A DNA stretch of 64,000 nt from Candidatus Latescibacterota bacterium (GCA_963422735.1 OY730476.1:3680001-3744000); one strand, 5' to 3'. Counted from the stretch's first letter, positions 10,709-21,148 are shown. Program-made: numbers and translations. The notes: generated from the sequence alone by a model not told the origin.

Positions 10709-10724
10709 TGGTACGGTATTTGCA
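10709..10724 (+). promoter_or_regulatory. Sigma54-type -24/-12 promoter upstream of clpB
   Basis: TGGTACGGTATTTGCA matches TGGCACG-N4-TTGCW with exact GG-N10-GC spacing, 43 bp before the clpB ATG. Confidence 0.65.
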
Positions 10725-10766
10725 ATCATTCGGATAGGCAAAACCGATTTTCGAAAGGGAGCCGAC

Positions 10767-13382
10767 ATGAATACCAGCAAATTCACCCACAAATTGCAGG
10801 AAGCCGTGCAGGAAGCCCAGCACCAAGCGCTGCGCCGCCTGCACGGCGAAGTGGATGGCGAGCATCTGCTCTTGGCGCTACTCGAACAGGAAGAAGGGGT
10901 CCTGCCGCGCATTGTGCGGCGCATCGACCGAGCAGACGAGCGGTTGCACCCGGTTTTGGTGCGCTCGTTAGATCGCCGCCCCCGGGTCTCGGGCAAAGGC
11001 GTCGAAATATATGCGACGCGCCGCCTGCAAGACCTCTTGCGCCAAGCCGAGGAGGAAGCCGCTGGCCTAAAGGACGAATACGTTTCGGCCGAGCACTGCG
11101 CCTTGTCGTTTATATCGGAGGGCGAAGGCACGGCCGCCGGCCGCGCCTTGAGTGAGGCCGGCATCACGCGAGACCGCTTCTTGCAGGCTTTGGCCAAGGC
11201 GCGCGGTACCCAGCGCGTGCAGAGCGCGACGCCCGAATCTACCTATGAGGCCCTCGAACGCTACGGACTCGACTTGGTGGCGCAGGCGTGCGCCGGCCGG
11301 CTCGACCCGGTGATTGGGCGCGACGAAGAGATCCGCCGCACCATCCGCATCCTCTCGCGCAAGACCAAGAACAACCCGGTGCTCATCGGCGAGCCAGGCG
11401 TGGGCAAGACCGCGATCGTCGAGGGCTTGGCGCAGCGCATCGTGCGCGGCGATGTGCCCGAGTGGATGCAGGATCAGACGATCTTCGCGCTGGACATGGG
11501 TGCGCTGATGGCTGGGGCCAAGTACCGGGGCGAATTTGAGGAGCGGCTCAAGGCCGTGCTCGACGAAATCCGCGCCAGCGACGGGCGCATCTTGCTCTTC
11601 ATCGACGAGTTGCACACCATCGTCGGCGCTGGCAAGACCGAGGGATCGACCGACGCGGGCAATATGCTCAAGCCCATGCTCGCCCGCGGCGAGTTGCACT
11701 GCATCGGCGCGACCACGCTCGACGAACACCGCCGGCACATCGAAAAGGACGCCGCGCTGGAACGGCGCTTCCAGCCGGTGTTGATAGACGCCCCCACAGT
11801 AGAGGATTCGATCTCGATCCTGCGGGGCTTGCGCGAGCGATTCGAGATCCACCACGGCGTGCGCATCCAAGACAATGCCTTGGTAGATGCAGCCGTGCTG
11901 TCCAACCGCTACATCTCGGACCGCTTCTTGCCAGACAAGGCCATCGACCTGATCGACGAGGCGTGCGCCACCGTCCGCACGGAAATCGACTCGGTGCCAA
12001 CCGAACTGGACCAAGTGGAGCGCCGGGTCATGCAGCTAGAGATCGAGGAAGCCGCGCTGAAAAAGGAGCAGGACAAAATCAGCGAGGAGCGCCTCGAAAG
12101 CCTGTGCAAGGAATTGGCCGATCTCAAGGGCCAAGCCGGTGCCCTGCGCGCCCAATGGGAAGAGGAAAGAGCGTCCCTATTGAGCGAGCGAGCGTTGCGC
12201 GAGGAAATTGAGCAGGTGCGGCATCAAATCGAAGAAGCCGAGCGCCAATACGACTTGAACCGAGTCGCCGAGCTAAGACACGGAAAATTGCCGGATCTGG
12301 AGCGACGGCTGTCCGCGGCGCAGCAAGCGGCTGTCCGCGACGGCCCGAGGCTGCTGCGAGAGGAAGTCACCCAAGAGGAGGTGGCCGCCATTGTTTCGCG
12401 CTGGACCGGTATCCCACTACAAAGGCTGACCGAGGGCGAGCGCGAGAAGCTGGTGCGCCTCGACCAGATCCTGCACCAGCGGGTCGTGGGCCAGGACGAG
12501 GCCGTGAGCTTGGTGGCCGATGCCGTGATGCGGGCGCGCTCCGGCATCAAAGACGAGCAAAAGCCCATCGGCTCCTTCGTCTTCTTGGGGCCGACGGGCG
12601 TGGGCAAGACCGAACTGGCTAAGGCCCTCGCGCAAGCTCTCTTCGACGCCGAGGAGAACATGGTGCGCTTGGACATGAGCGAGTACATGGAAAAGCACTC
12701 GGTGTCCAAGCTATTGGGTGCTCCGCCCGGGTACGTGGGCTACGAGGAAGGCGGCCAGCTAACCGAGGCCGTGCGCCGCAAGCCCTACGCGGTGGTGCTC
12801 TTCGACGAGATCGAGAAAGCCCACCCGGACGTTTTTAACGCGCTGTTGCAGCTTTTGGACGACGGGCGGCTCACCGACGCGCAGGGCCGAGTGGTGGATT
12901 TTAAGAACGCGGTGGTGATTATGACTTCCAACATTGGGTCGGCGCACTTGGTCGAGGGCCTGACGCCGAAAGGGGAGATCGCCGAGTCCGCACGCGAGCA
13001 GGTCATGCGCGAGCTGGGGGCGCACTTTCGTCCGGAGTTTCTCAACCGGATCGACGATGTGGTGCTCTTCAAGCCGCTGACCTTGGCGGAGATCGAGGCG
13101 ATCGTCGGGCTGCTGAGTGCCGAGTTGCGCCAGCGGCTGGCCGCAAAGCGCATTGAGCTAGCGGTCGCTGCACCGGCGCGGCGGCACATTGCTCACGCGG
13201 GTTTCGACCCGGTCTATGGCGCCCGGCCGCTCAAGCGATTTTTGCAGCGCGAGATCGAAACGCGGATCGCGCGCTTGCTGGTGGCCGGCGACGTGCCCGA
13301 GGGGTCGCGGGTTGAGGTGGTACTCGACGAAGGCCAGTTGGCCGTGCGGCACCAGCCGCCGGAAGCGGGAACCGCAATTTAG
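10767..13382 (+). CDS. clpB: ATP-dependent chaperone ClpB
   Basis: Two AAA+ modules ([16 protein letters not shown]), [10 protein letters not shown], coiled-coil M domain, [13 protein letters not shown]; start set at ATG 10767 after AAGGGAG. Confidence 0.97.
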   Translation: MNTSKFTHKLQEAVQEAQHQALRRLHGEVDGEHLLLALLEQEEGVLPRIVRRIDRADERLHPVLVRSLDRRPRVSGKGVEIYATRRLQDLLRQAEEEAAGLKDEYVSAEHCALSFISEGEGTAAGRALSEAGITRDRFLQALAKARGTQRVQSATPESTYEALERYGLDLVAQACAGRLDPVIGRDEEIRRTIRILSRKTKNNPVLIGEPGVGKTAIVEGLAQRIVRGDVPEWMQDQTIFALDMGALMAGAKYRGEFEERLKAVLDEIRASDGRILLFIDELHTIVGAGKTEGSTDAGNMLKPMLARGELHCIGATTLDEHRRHIEKDAALERRFQPVLIDAPTVEDSISILRGLRERFEIHHGVRIQDNALVDAAVLSNRYISDRFLPDKAIDLIDEACATVRTEIDSVPTELDQVERRVMQLEIEEAALKKEQDKISEERLESLCKELADLKGQAGALRAQWEEERASLLSERALREEIEQVRHQIEEAERQYDLNRVAELRHGKLPDLERRLSAAQQAAVRDGPRLLREEVTQEEVAAIVSRWTGIPLQRLTEGEREKLVRLDQILHQRVVGQDEAVSLVADAVMRARSGIKDEQKPIGSFVFLGPTGVGKTELAKALAQALFDAEENMVRLDMSEYMEKHSVSKLLGAPPGYVGYEEGGQLTEAVRRKPYAVVLFDEIEKAHPDVFNALLQLLDDGRLTDAQGRVVDFKNAVVIMTSNIGSAHLVEGLTPKGEIAESAREQVMRELGAHFRPEFLNRIDDVVLFKPLTLAEIEAIVGLLSAELRQRLAAKRIELAVAAPARRHIAHAGFDPVYGARPLKRFLQREIETRIARLLVAGDVPEGSRVEVVLDEGQLAVRHQPPEAGTAI

Positions 13383-13455
13383 CGCTTGTCGTCTTTTTTT
13401 GTGAACATTGGAAAGTATCCGTATTTTCACACCCTTTTTCAGAGAGGAAGTATCC

Positions 13456-14868
13456 ATGCGGAAGTTGTGCTTTTCCCTAATCGTTTTAAGTCTCTCCGCG
13501 GCCGGCAGCGTCCGAGCCAGCGAGAGCATACAGCTCCTGCGCCAGATGAGCGACGGCTTCGCCGAACTCGCCGCGCAGGTCAAGCCCGGCGTCGTAAAAA
13601 TCACCACGGAGGGCACTGTCAATGTCGAGGGGGGCTCCCCCTTGCGCGGCACCCCTTGGGGGGACTTCTTCGAATTGCCCGACCAGCCACGCGAACGCGA
13701 TGGCCAAGGCTCGGGAGTAATCATCAACTTTAGCGGCGATCAGTACATCCTTACCAACAACCACGTGATTCGCCACGCCGACAATATCCGCGTCGAGATG
13801 ACGGATTCGCGCTTCTTTGAAGCCGAGGTCGTCGGTCGCGATCCCCTGAGCGATATCGCCGTGCTCAAGGTCGCCGCCGAGGATTTGCCTGCGGTCGCAA
13901 TGGGCGATTCGGACCAGCTCCGGGAGGGCGAATGGGTGCTGGCCATAGGAAACCCCATGAAATTTGCCCATTCCGTAACGACTGGCATCATCAGTGCCTT
14001 GGGACGGGGACGCTTCTTTGGCGAGTACGGCTCTTTTATTCAGACCGACGCGGCGATCAATCCTGGCAACAGCGGCGGTGCGCTAGTCAACCTGCGCGGC
14101 GAGTTGATCGGGCTCAACACGGCCATCGTCAGCCGTAGCGGCGGCAATATGGGTCTTGGCTTTGCCATTCCGATCAACTTGGTCAAGGATGTGGTCGCGC
14201 AGTTGGTTGAGCACGGGAAGGTGCGGCGTGGCTTGCTCGGCGTGATTATCGACGACTTGGAACCGCTAGTGGCCGAGGCAATGGGGCTGGACCGCAAGCA
14301 TGGCGTGGTGATCGATAAAGTGACGCCGGGAGGAGCAGCAGACAAAGCGGGCGTTAAAGTTGACGATATAGTACTTGCTATTGATGGCCAACCCATGCGC
14401 AACTCAACCGAACTTCGCGACCGGATTGGACGCACGGCACCGGGGACCGAAATCGAGTTGTTGGTGTTGCGCGATAGCAAAGAGAAACGCATTAAAGTCG
14501 AGCTAGATCTGCGGACTGCGGAAGCGCTGGCCGCCGGTCACTCCCGCGATGACACAGAGGCAGAACAAGAGGTGCTGGGCCTGAAGGTACAGGAACTGAC
14601 CGATGCGCTAGCGCGGCGGCTGAGATACGAAGACGAAAACGGAGTTGTGGTCACGCGAGTGGAGCGCGGCAGCGAGGCGTCGCGGCGGGGTTTGCGCCGA
14701 TGGATGCTCATTCAGGAGATCAACTCCAAACCAGTGAAAACGGTAGGTGATTTTGAGGATGAGCTGGCGGAAATTGAACCAGGAGCCGCGTTTAGGATGC
14801 GGGTGCGTTGGCAGGGCGGTCGGCAGGGGGGGACGCGACTGGTGGGGTTGCGGATGCCTGTAAATTGA
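13456..14868 (+). CDS. degP: Do/DegP (HtrA) serine protease with two PDZ domains
   Basis: TNNHVI, DIAVLK and TDAAINPGNSGG triad motifs; signal peptide; start at ATG 13456 after GAGG. Confidence 0.93.
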   Translation: MRKLCFSLIVLSLSAAGSVRASESIQLLRQMSDGFAELAAQVKPGVVKITTEGTVNVEGGSPLRGTPWGDFFELPDQPRERDGQGSGVIINFSGDQYILTNNHVIRHADNIRVEMTDSRFFEAEVVGRDPLSDIAVLKVAAEDLPAVAMGDSDQLREGEWVLAIGNPMKFAHSVTTGIISALGRGRFFGEYGSFIQTDAAINPGNSGGALVNLRGELIGLNTAIVSRSGGNMGLGFAIPINLVKDVVAQLVEHGKVRRGLLGVIIDDLEPLVAEAMGLDRKHGVVIDKVTPGGAADKAGVKVDDIVLAIDGQPMRNSTELRDRIGRTAPGTEIELLVLRDSKEKRIKVELDLRTAEALAAGHSRDDTEAEQEVLGLKVQELTDALARRLRYEDENGVVVTRVERGSEASRRGLRRWMLIQEINSKPVKTVGDFEDELAEIEPGAAFRMRVRWQGGRQGGTRLVGLRMPVN

Positions 14869-14870
14869 GT

Positions 14871-16970
14871 ATGCGCTCGCAAGCTATATGGCACCCGGCC
14901 GCGCTGGCCGTGTACATCCGCTGCGAATTCTACCTGACCGGCGCAGCAGCCAAAGGGCTGCTGCGCTGTGCTGCGAGTGGGCCGTACGAGGTGTACTTGA
15001 ACGGCGAGCGAGTGGGCAGAGGATTGGGGCCAGCGGCGGCCGAAGTGGCCATGTGGGAGCAGTTCGCGTTGGATGGTGCGCTGCGGGAGGGCGAAAATGT
15101 GCTGTTGGTCCTTGCCTTGGGCCTCGGCGCAGCAGACTGGTTCTGCGCCGAGGGAAAAATTGAGCGCAGCGATGGGGCCGAGCAGGTGCTATACACGGGT
15201 GCGCCTTGGCAGGTGCAGCCGGCCGATGCTTGGCTGGGCGCAGTCGGCTACGCAGCCGTGCTGGCACCGGCTGAGTGGGCCAAGGGGCGGTTTGCGGGAT
15301 GGCGGGAAGCGGCTGTGGTGGCCGGGGCCGAGCCGAGGGATTGGTCGCCGTTGCCCGCGGAGGAAAGCATGGTGTGGGCGCGGGAGGTGGTAGCTTTTGG
15401 CGAGGTTGCTGGCGAGGTCGCGCTCGAATGGGTCGCCTACCCCGAGGCCATGCAGACTGCCAAATGCGTACGACGGGAAGCGCTCCTGACAGCCGGCAAA
15501 ACCCAGTCCTTGTTGCAGGCAACAGACGCAGCCCGGGCCGCGTACTTAGTTTTGGACTTTGGGCGGTTGCTCAGCGGATTCCCCCATCTGCGGCTGCGGG
15601 GCCGGGCTGGCGCGGTGATCGATCTAGGTTTTGCGCGGGCGGAGGGCGCGGTGGAATCGCGCTTGCGCTACGTGTGCCGCGACGGATTGCAAGAGTGGAC
15701 ATCGCCGCAATTGGCGACGTGCCGCTATCTAGTAGTGCGGATCGGATCGTGCCCAGAAGCAGTGGAAATAGACAGTGTCTCGCTGGTGGAGCGGCGCGTG
15801 GCCGTCGCGGTGCGAGGGTGCTTTACAACCGTGGGCGAAGACTGGGAGCAGTTATGGCGGACCGGAGAGCAAACCTTAGCCGCCAGCCGCCAAGAGGTGT
15901 ACGCCCTCGGCGAGGAACGGCTCAACTGGGATCAGCTCTACGTTTGGACCATGAACGATTTGTACGCGACCGGTAGCGTGGATACGGCGCGCGCTGTGCT
16001 GGCTGGCAGCAAGGCACCGCTCGGCGGGGAACAGGCCTGTTTCCACGCGCTGTTTGTCGAGCTGGCGCAGTGCCACGGCGGCGGCCCGACTGCCGAGCGG
16101 CTAGCCAGCCTAGTGAGCAGCTTGCAAACGGCCGAGGCTGAGGCCGCGCCGGCGACCGCTGCTGTCGCTCTGCGAGCCGGGGCTTGGCAAGCGGTCGCGG
16201 CCTTGTGCCGGCGCGCCGGCGACCGCCAGCAAGCCGCCCAATGTGAACGCTCCCATCACCGAGCGCGCAAGGCATTGCAAGCCGCTTGGAGCGAAGAGCA
16301 AGGGCTTTTTACCGATGCCGCCGGGGCCGCCGATTGCAGCCGCTGGACGAATGCCTTGGTGCTCTATTTTGCTTTGGCCAATCCCAAGCAGCAGGTGCGA
16401 GTGGCGCAGCACCTATCCGGCGGTTTGGCGTCAGAAGATGATTTGTGGCAGGCGTTTTTTGTCGCCGGAGCGCTGTGGCAAGCGGGCGCAGGCGAGTCGG
16501 CTTTAGCTTACGTACAGAGAAAATGGGGCCGCTTGCTGGCACGCCCGGGAGGAACGTGGGGTGAGAAGGCCGGGTCATTGGCCGCGCAACCCGGGCCGGA
16601 GCGCTTGCTGGCGGCGCACGTGCTAGGGGTTGTGCCTAAGGCCGAGGGGATCTTGGAGGTTCGGCCGCAGTTGTCCGGGCTCGAACGCGCCGAGGGCGTC
16701 GTGCCCACGCCATACGGCGATGTCGAAGTCGCTTGGGGGGCATATAGCGGCGGCTTTTCCGCACGCCTTTCCGTGCCGCACGACGGCGAAACACACCTTT
16801 CCGTACCCCGTTGCGACAAGCGCTTCCCCCAAATCGAGATCAACGGCGAGACGGTGTGGCGCAACGAGAAGGCCCACCCCAACTCCCACGTGCAGGAGCT
16901 AATCAGCCAAGAGGAGCGGGTGGTGATGGTGTTGCGGCGGGCCGGACAGTACGAGGTCTCGGTAGAATAG
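14871..16970 (+). CDS. Divergent alpha-L-rhamnosidase (GH78)-like protein
   Basis: YEVYLNGERVG, LREGENVL, VLDFGR..G and G.VPTPYGDVEVAW match GH78 architecture; catalytic motifs degenerate. Confidence 0.65.
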   Translation: MRSQAIWHPAALAVYIRCEFYLTGAAAKGLLRCAASGPYEVYLNGERVGRGLGPAAAEVAMWEQFALDGALREGENVLLVLALGLGAADWFCAEGKIERSDGAEQVLYTGAPWQVQPADAWLGAVGYAAVLAPAEWAKGRFAGWREAAVVAGAEPRDWSPLPAEESMVWAREVVAFGEVAGEVALEWVAYPEAMQTAKCVRREALLTAGKTQSLLQATDAARAAYLVLDFGRLLSGFPHLRLRGRAGAVIDLGFARAEGAVESRLRYVCRDGLQEWTSPQLATCRYLVVRIGSCPEAVEIDSVSLVERRVAVAVRGCFTTVGEDWEQLWRTGEQTLAASRQEVYALGEERLNWDQLYVWTMNDLYATGSVDTARAVLAGSKAPLGGEQACFHALFVELAQCHGGGPTAERLASLVSSLQTAEAEAAPATAAVALRAGAWQAVAALCRRAGDRQQAAQCERSHHRARKALQAAWSEEQGLFTDAAGAADCSRWTNALVLYFALANPKQQVRVAQHLSGGLASEDDLWQAFFVAGALWQAGAGESALAYVQRKWGRLLARPGGTWGEKAGSLAAQPGPERLLAAHVLGVVPKAEGILEVRPQLSGLERAEGVVPTPYGDVEVAWGAYSGGFSARLSVPHDGETHLSVPRCDKRFPQIEINGETVWRNEKAHPNSHVQELISQEERVVMVLRRAGQYEVSVE

Positions 16971-16977
16971 CGGCGAC

Positions 16978-17628
16978 ATGGCCTCAGCATCCCTCTACCA
17001 CATCGTTCACAAGTCGCCCGACGCGCCCCCCGAGCGTGCGCCGCTGCTTCTGCTTTTGCACGGCTATGGTTCCAATGAGGAGGATCTGCTGGGCTTGGCG
17101 CCGCATTTGGATGCGCGGCTCCTTTGCGTCAGTGCCCGCGCACCCTACGCGCTCGACTTCGGCGGCTTTGCATGGTTTAATATCGAGATCGGCGCAGAGG
17201 GGGTGCGCTTTGATTTTGCCGAGGCCGAAGCGTCGCTAGTGCAAATCTTGTCCTTGGTGGAAGCGTTGCGGCGAGTGTACCGGCCCGCTCGCGTCTTCAT
17301 TGCGGGGTTCAGCCAAGGGGCTAGCATGGCCTTGGCGGCCGCGTTAAAGCGGCCTCGGGACTTTGCCGGGGCCATTGCATTGAGCGGGCTGTGCAGCCCG
17401 GAGATGCTGCCAGAGGATGCGGCGTCGGTGCGGGGCTTGCAGATCTTTATGTCGCACGGACGCTTTGATCCGGTCATCCCCATTGCCCAAGCCCGCGCCT
17501 CTAGAGATCTGCTGACTCCCCTCGGGTTGGACTTGCTGTACAAAGAATACGATATGCCCCACGCGATTGCCCAGCCGTGCTTAGAGGACTTAGACGCTTG
17601 GCTGCGGGCGCGATTGGACACCCTCTAA
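16978..17628 (+). CDS. Phospholipase/carboxylesterase (alpha/beta hydrolase)
   Basis: LLHGYGSNE, GFSQGA, HGRFDPVIP and MPHAI. Confidence 0.9.
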   Translation: MASASLYHIVHKSPDAPPERAPLLLLLHGYGSNEEDLLGLAPHLDARLLCVSARAPYALDFGGFAWFNIEIGAEGVRFDFAEAEASLVQILSLVEALRRVYRPARVFIAGFSQGASMALAAALKRPRDFAGAIALSGLCSPEMLPEDAASVRGLQIFMSHGRFDPVIPIAQARASRDLLTPLGLDLLYKEYDMPHAIAQPCLEDLDAWLRARLDTL

Positions 17629-17633
17629 AAAAT

Positions 17634-18743
17634 TCAGGAAAGCAGGGACTCGACCCGCGCTGGCGTGAGCCGGTGGCCGAAAAGCGGCTGCGAGCGGGTT
17701 TGGGTCGAGTGCTGCCAAGTGGCGAAAAGTCCCCCGTCCGCTTCTGTCAGCACGGACACGTAGCGCGAGCAACCCGTGCCTTCCGGAGAGACGAAGAGCG
17801 GCTGGAGGTAGCTGAGGCGGTGGAGGCGCGGAAACTGGCGATTGAATCCATAGGCCAAGCCGCCCAATTCCTCGCAAGAGTATCCGCGCGGCCGGACGAC
17901 CCCTTTTGCATGCGCTTTGAGCGGGTGCATGGACTCGGCCCCGTCGTAGAAATAGAGCGAGAGCGAGGGCAAACAAGCGAACGCGCCCACCTTGGGCACA
18001 GGTAGGCGGCAGGTGACGCGCAAGGCAGCCACATCCCAGGTCGGGCCTCGGGGAAAGAAGTCGTGGCCGTGGCTCTCGCACGAATGAGCCGCGAGCACGC
18101 CGCGGCCCGAAGTGCTCGCAGACCAAGTGTAAGGATGGGCGCAATAGAACAGCAGAGACTGCCGGCCCATCCCGGCCGAGAGATTGGGGTCTTTGAGGTG
18201 CAGATAGGCTGGATCGTCGCTCGTCAGCAGCGGGGCAATCGACTCCTGTGGGTCGAGCCGGTCGATGGAGGTAGCGGCGAAGGCGTCGATGCTCCAGACG
18301 CCGGTGCCCGGCTTCTGAAAAGCAGCGACGGGCCGTGGGTAGAGGCGAACTTTCTCGGTGGAGACCAGCACTTGAACGCGACGCTTGTTCAGGCGCATAG
18401 CACTGCCCTCGATGCTGAGCACAGCCGACCCGCAGTAGAGGTCAGATTTGTCCCAAGTGCGAATCTCGACAAAGCTCCGTCCATTGTCCGTCGAGCGAAA
18501 AATGGCCAGGGCACGGCCACGGGGGCCGGCGGTCAGTCCGGTGCGGCTGTCGCCGGCGTCGCGGTAGCGGCCGATAAGCCAGAGACTGCCATCGCTGGGG
18601 TCGCGGACCGAATTGCCGCCGCCAAACCAGAAGCCATCGCAGTCCTTGGTCGGCTCGACGAGGCGTCGGCCGCGCTTTTGGTCGATGAGACGAGTGCCCA
18701 GTCGGATGAGTTTGCGTTCGAGCGCGAGGGGTAGCTTGTCCAT
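17634..18743 (-). CDS. Hypothetical protein, sialidase/beta-propeller-like
   Basis: 369-aa ORF with one Asp-box-like RSTDNGRSF; own sigma70-like promoter. Confidence 0.55.
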   Translation of the reverse strand: MDKLPLALERKLIRLGTRLIDQKRGRRLVEPTKDCDGFWFGGGNSVRDPSDGSLWLIGRYRDAGDSRTGLTAGPRGRALAIFRSTDNGRSFVEIRTWDKSDLYCGSAVLSIEGSAMRLNKRRVQVLVSTEKVRLYPRPVAAFQKPGTGVWSIDAFAATSIDRLDPQESIAPLLTSDDPAYLHLKDPNLSAGMGRQSLLFYCAHPYTWSASTSGRGVLAAHSCESHGHDFFPRGPTWDVAALRVTCRLPVPKVGAFACLPSLSLYFYDGAESMHPLKAHAKGVVRPRGYSCEELGGLAYGFNRQFPRLHRLSYLQPLFVSPEGTGCSRYVSVLTEADGGLFATWQHSTQTRSQPLFGHRLTPARVESLLS

Positions 18744-18758
18744 AGCAGATCTGCGCTA

Positions 18759-18788
18759 AGTATGACAAAAAAGCCACAGCAGTGTCAA
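18759..18788 (-). promoter_or_regulatory. Sigma70-like promoter
   Basis: TTGACA-N18-CATACT with TGn extension on minus strand, just upstream of ATG 18743. Confidence 0.55.
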
Positions 18789-18806
18789 GCAAATGACGCA
18801 TTGCCA

Positions 18807-19823
18807 TCAGGCCTGCCAACCGGCCAATTCTTGGCGGGCGATGGTTGCCATGGCGTCGAGCCAAGCCGGGTGGTCGTTGAGGCAGGGCACTAAGTGGAAC
18901 TGCTGACCGCCTCCGTAGGAGAATTGCTCGGCCCCTTCGCGGCCAATCTCGTCGAGCGTCTCAAGGCAGTCGGCGGTGAAGCCGGGGCAGATGGCGACTA
19001 AGCGCTGCACGCCCTGCCCCCCGAGGCGCGCTAGCACCTCCTCGGTATAAGGCTCTAGCCAAGGCTCTTTGCCGAAGCGCGATTGGAAGCCGCTGACCCA
19101 CTCGTCCTCTGCGAGGCTAAGCGCTGCGGCTAGCTGGCGCGCGGTTTCCTCGCACTGGCGGCGGTAGGGGTCGCCTTCATCGACGTAGCGCTGGGGAATG
19201 CCGTGGAAGGTGATTAGGTAGCGGTCGGGCGTCCAACTGAGGCGGGCGACCGCTTCGGCGACCGACTCTTTGAGCGCGTTGATGTACGCGGGGTGATCTG
19301 CGTAGGGCGGAGCGAAGCGCAGCGCGGGCATCTGGCGTTTGCGGTCGAAAAACCAAGGACAGCGCCGGCCCAGGGCAGCGCGGTTGACCGCGTCGTATAT
19401 CGAGCCGGTGGTGGCACAGGAAAACTGCGGGTACATGGGAAAGACGAGGATTCGCTCGACGCCTTCCTGCTCTAGGGACTGGACGGCGTGCGCGATGCTC
19501 GGCTCGCCGTAGCGCATGCCGAGCACGACCCGATACGCCGCGCCCAGCCGCTCTTGCAGACCGCGGGTCTGCGCTTGGGAATGGACCATGAGGGGCGAGC
19601 CTTCGTCGGTCCAGATATTGGCGTACAGAGCGGCCGAGCGCGCCGGTCGGCGGGTGAGGACAAACAGATAGAGAATGGGATACCACCTGAGCGGGTGGAG
19701 GTCAATGACGCGCGGATCGGCGAGAAATTGGCGTAGATAGGGCCGCAGGGCGCGGGCGGTGGGTGCTTGCGGTGTGCCGAGCTGGGCGACTAGGACGCCA
19801 ATTTTGGAGGAGCTAGCAGGCAT
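18807..19823 (-). CDS. hemH: Ferrochelatase
   Basis: LGTP, YLRQFLADPRVI, FHGIP, FQSRFG..PWLEPYT and GFTADCLETLDEI. Confidence 0.97.
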   Translation of the reverse strand: MPASSSKIGVLVAQLGTPQAPTARALRPYLRQFLADPRVIDLHPLRWYPILYLFVLTRRPARSAALYANIWTDEGSPLMVHSQAQTRGLQERLGAAYRVVLGMRYGEPSIAHAVQSLEQEGVERILVFPMYPQFSCATTGSIYDAVNRAALGRRCPWFFDRKRQMPALRFAPPYADHPAYINALKESVAEAVARLSWTPDRYLITFHGIPQRYVDEGDPYRRQCEETARQLAAALSLAEDEWVSGFQSRFGKEPWLEPYTEEVLARLGGQGVQRLVAICPGFTADCLETLDEIGREGAEQFSYGGGQQFHLVPCLNDHPAWLDAMATIARQELAGWQA

Positions 19824-19865
19824 AAGCGAGCGTTTGCTGGAGGGTGTGCGGCGACTTACTTTTGA

Positions 19866-19929
19866 GAAGCTGTCTGCAAACCCTTGGCAGCCTTCGCTCG
19901 GGGCGCACTAGGAATTTCCAGACAGCTTC
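19866..19929. mobile_element. MITE copy 1 (IS5-family-like ends)
   Basis: Perfect 11-bp terminal inverted repeat GAAGCTGTCTG/CAGACAGCTTC flanked by TGA on both sides. Confidence 0.7.
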
Positions 19930-19979
19930 TGACAATATATCCGAGAACGCCGTCTTGAAAAGCCCGAAGGAGAGCAGAT

Positions 19980-20696
19980 ATGCGCAGCATTTTCGCAGGC
20001 ATTGAATACGCGGGGAAAAGTACGCTGGCCACCATGCTCGGGGAATACTATCGGCACCGCCGAGTCCCCATCCACGGCGACGATCACTTCACTCTCCCCG
20101 ACGCTTCGCTCAGCCCGGAGTCGCGCAAGATCTTGGTCGGCCTGCCCAACGACATGAAGGAGCGCGGACAGCGGATGCAGATCCACTACCACGTGGACAT
20201 TATCAAAAAGTACGCCTGTCCGCTGATCGTTGGCTGGCATCTAGAAGAGGCCGTGTACACTCGCTTTTACGGCGACGACTCGGATAGCTTCTACTACCCG
20301 AACTTCCACTACGGCTTCCAGCGGCTCTACGAATCGTTGGTGCTCGAGGCCCATCTGCCCGATGTGGTGCTATTCCACGTGACGGCCTCCGACGAGGAGA
20401 TCGCTCGGCGAATGCAGGACAGCCCGCACGAATATCCGGTTGTGCGCCAAGAACATGTTGCCGAGGTCAAAGTGCGCTTTGAGGAAGAGATCGCCGCGTC
20501 GCTGTTTACCCACCAGAACCGCACAATCGTCTTAGACACCACCGGCAAGACGCCCGAGGAGTCGTTCGACGAGTTGCTTTTGGCGTCTGAGCCGCTGGTG
20601 ACAATGGGCGAATTGGCCGTGCGAGCCATGGAAGTGCCGGAGGGCGAGTACGAAGTGGTGTACGAACGCGGCGTGCGCAAGATGGTGTCCAAGTAG
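19980..20696 (+). CDS. P-loop nucleoside/nucleotide kinase-like protein
   Basis: N-terminal GIEYAGKSTL Walker A resembling thymidylate-kinase fold; PDVVLFHV and LDTTGKTPEE. Confidence 0.7.
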   Translation: MRSIFAGIEYAGKSTLATMLGEYYRHRRVPIHGDDHFTLPDASLSPESRKILVGLPNDMKERGQRMQIHYHVDIIKKYACPLIVGWHLEEAVYTRFYGDDSDSFYYPNFHYGFQRLYESLVLEAHLPDVVLFHVTASDEEIARRMQDSPHEYPVVRQEHVAEVKVRFEEEIAASLFTHQNRTIVLDTTGKTPEESFDELLLASEPLVTMGELAVRAMEVPEGEYEVVYERGVRKMVSK

Positions 20697-20788
20697 CGGA
20701 TTTTGCTCTTGCGCTGATTCCGTTGAACCTTTTTTGTTTTGGCAGTCGTCTATCTGCGTATGACCCGTGGCCAAGCGACCCATTGATA

Positions 20789-21148
20789 ATGAAAAGCCTT
20801 CGCCCCGTAACCACGTCTTTGGTCCTGCTGCTGGCTCTCGCCTGTAGCGGCTTGCAGGTTCTCTGTGCTCCATGTGTAGCAGAGGCCGCCCCTATGCCCT
20901 GCCACGTCGCCAATGCTTGCGGCGACGAGGGCCTGCAAGCGAGTTGTTGCTGTCTGCGCGCCAAAGCCAACAGTGCATCCCCTCAGTTCGTTCTCACTGC
21001 CGAGCAGCCGTCCATCCCAATGCCCGTGGTCGGCATGGCTGCGGCCGTCCCTACGCTGTCTCGTTCGTCTGCGCTGCGGTCGCTGCCCAACCGCGTCCCT
21101 CAACCACATCCCCCGCTCTTCCAACTCTACTGTTCCTTCCTGATCTAA
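20789..21148 (+). CDS. Small Cys-rich exported protein upstream of cusCBA (DUF2946/CutF-like)
   Basis: Signal-like N-terminus, CAPC, PCH and SCCC, C-terminal PHPPLFQLYCSFLI. Confidence 0.6.
   Translation: MKSLRPVTTSLVLLLALACSGLQVLCAPCVAEAAPMPCHVANACGDEGLQASCCCLRAKANSASPQFVLTAEQPSIPMPVVGMAAAVPTLSRSSALRSLPNRVPQPHPPLFQLYCSFLI

Noticed and set aside
10653-10766. N-terminal extension of ClpB in the ORF track (similar extensions for degP, GH78-like, PhyH and Gfo)
   Set aside because: Downstream starts have RBS-like sequences or abut the upstream gene and match family N-termini; the extensions overlap promoters or neighbouring genes.
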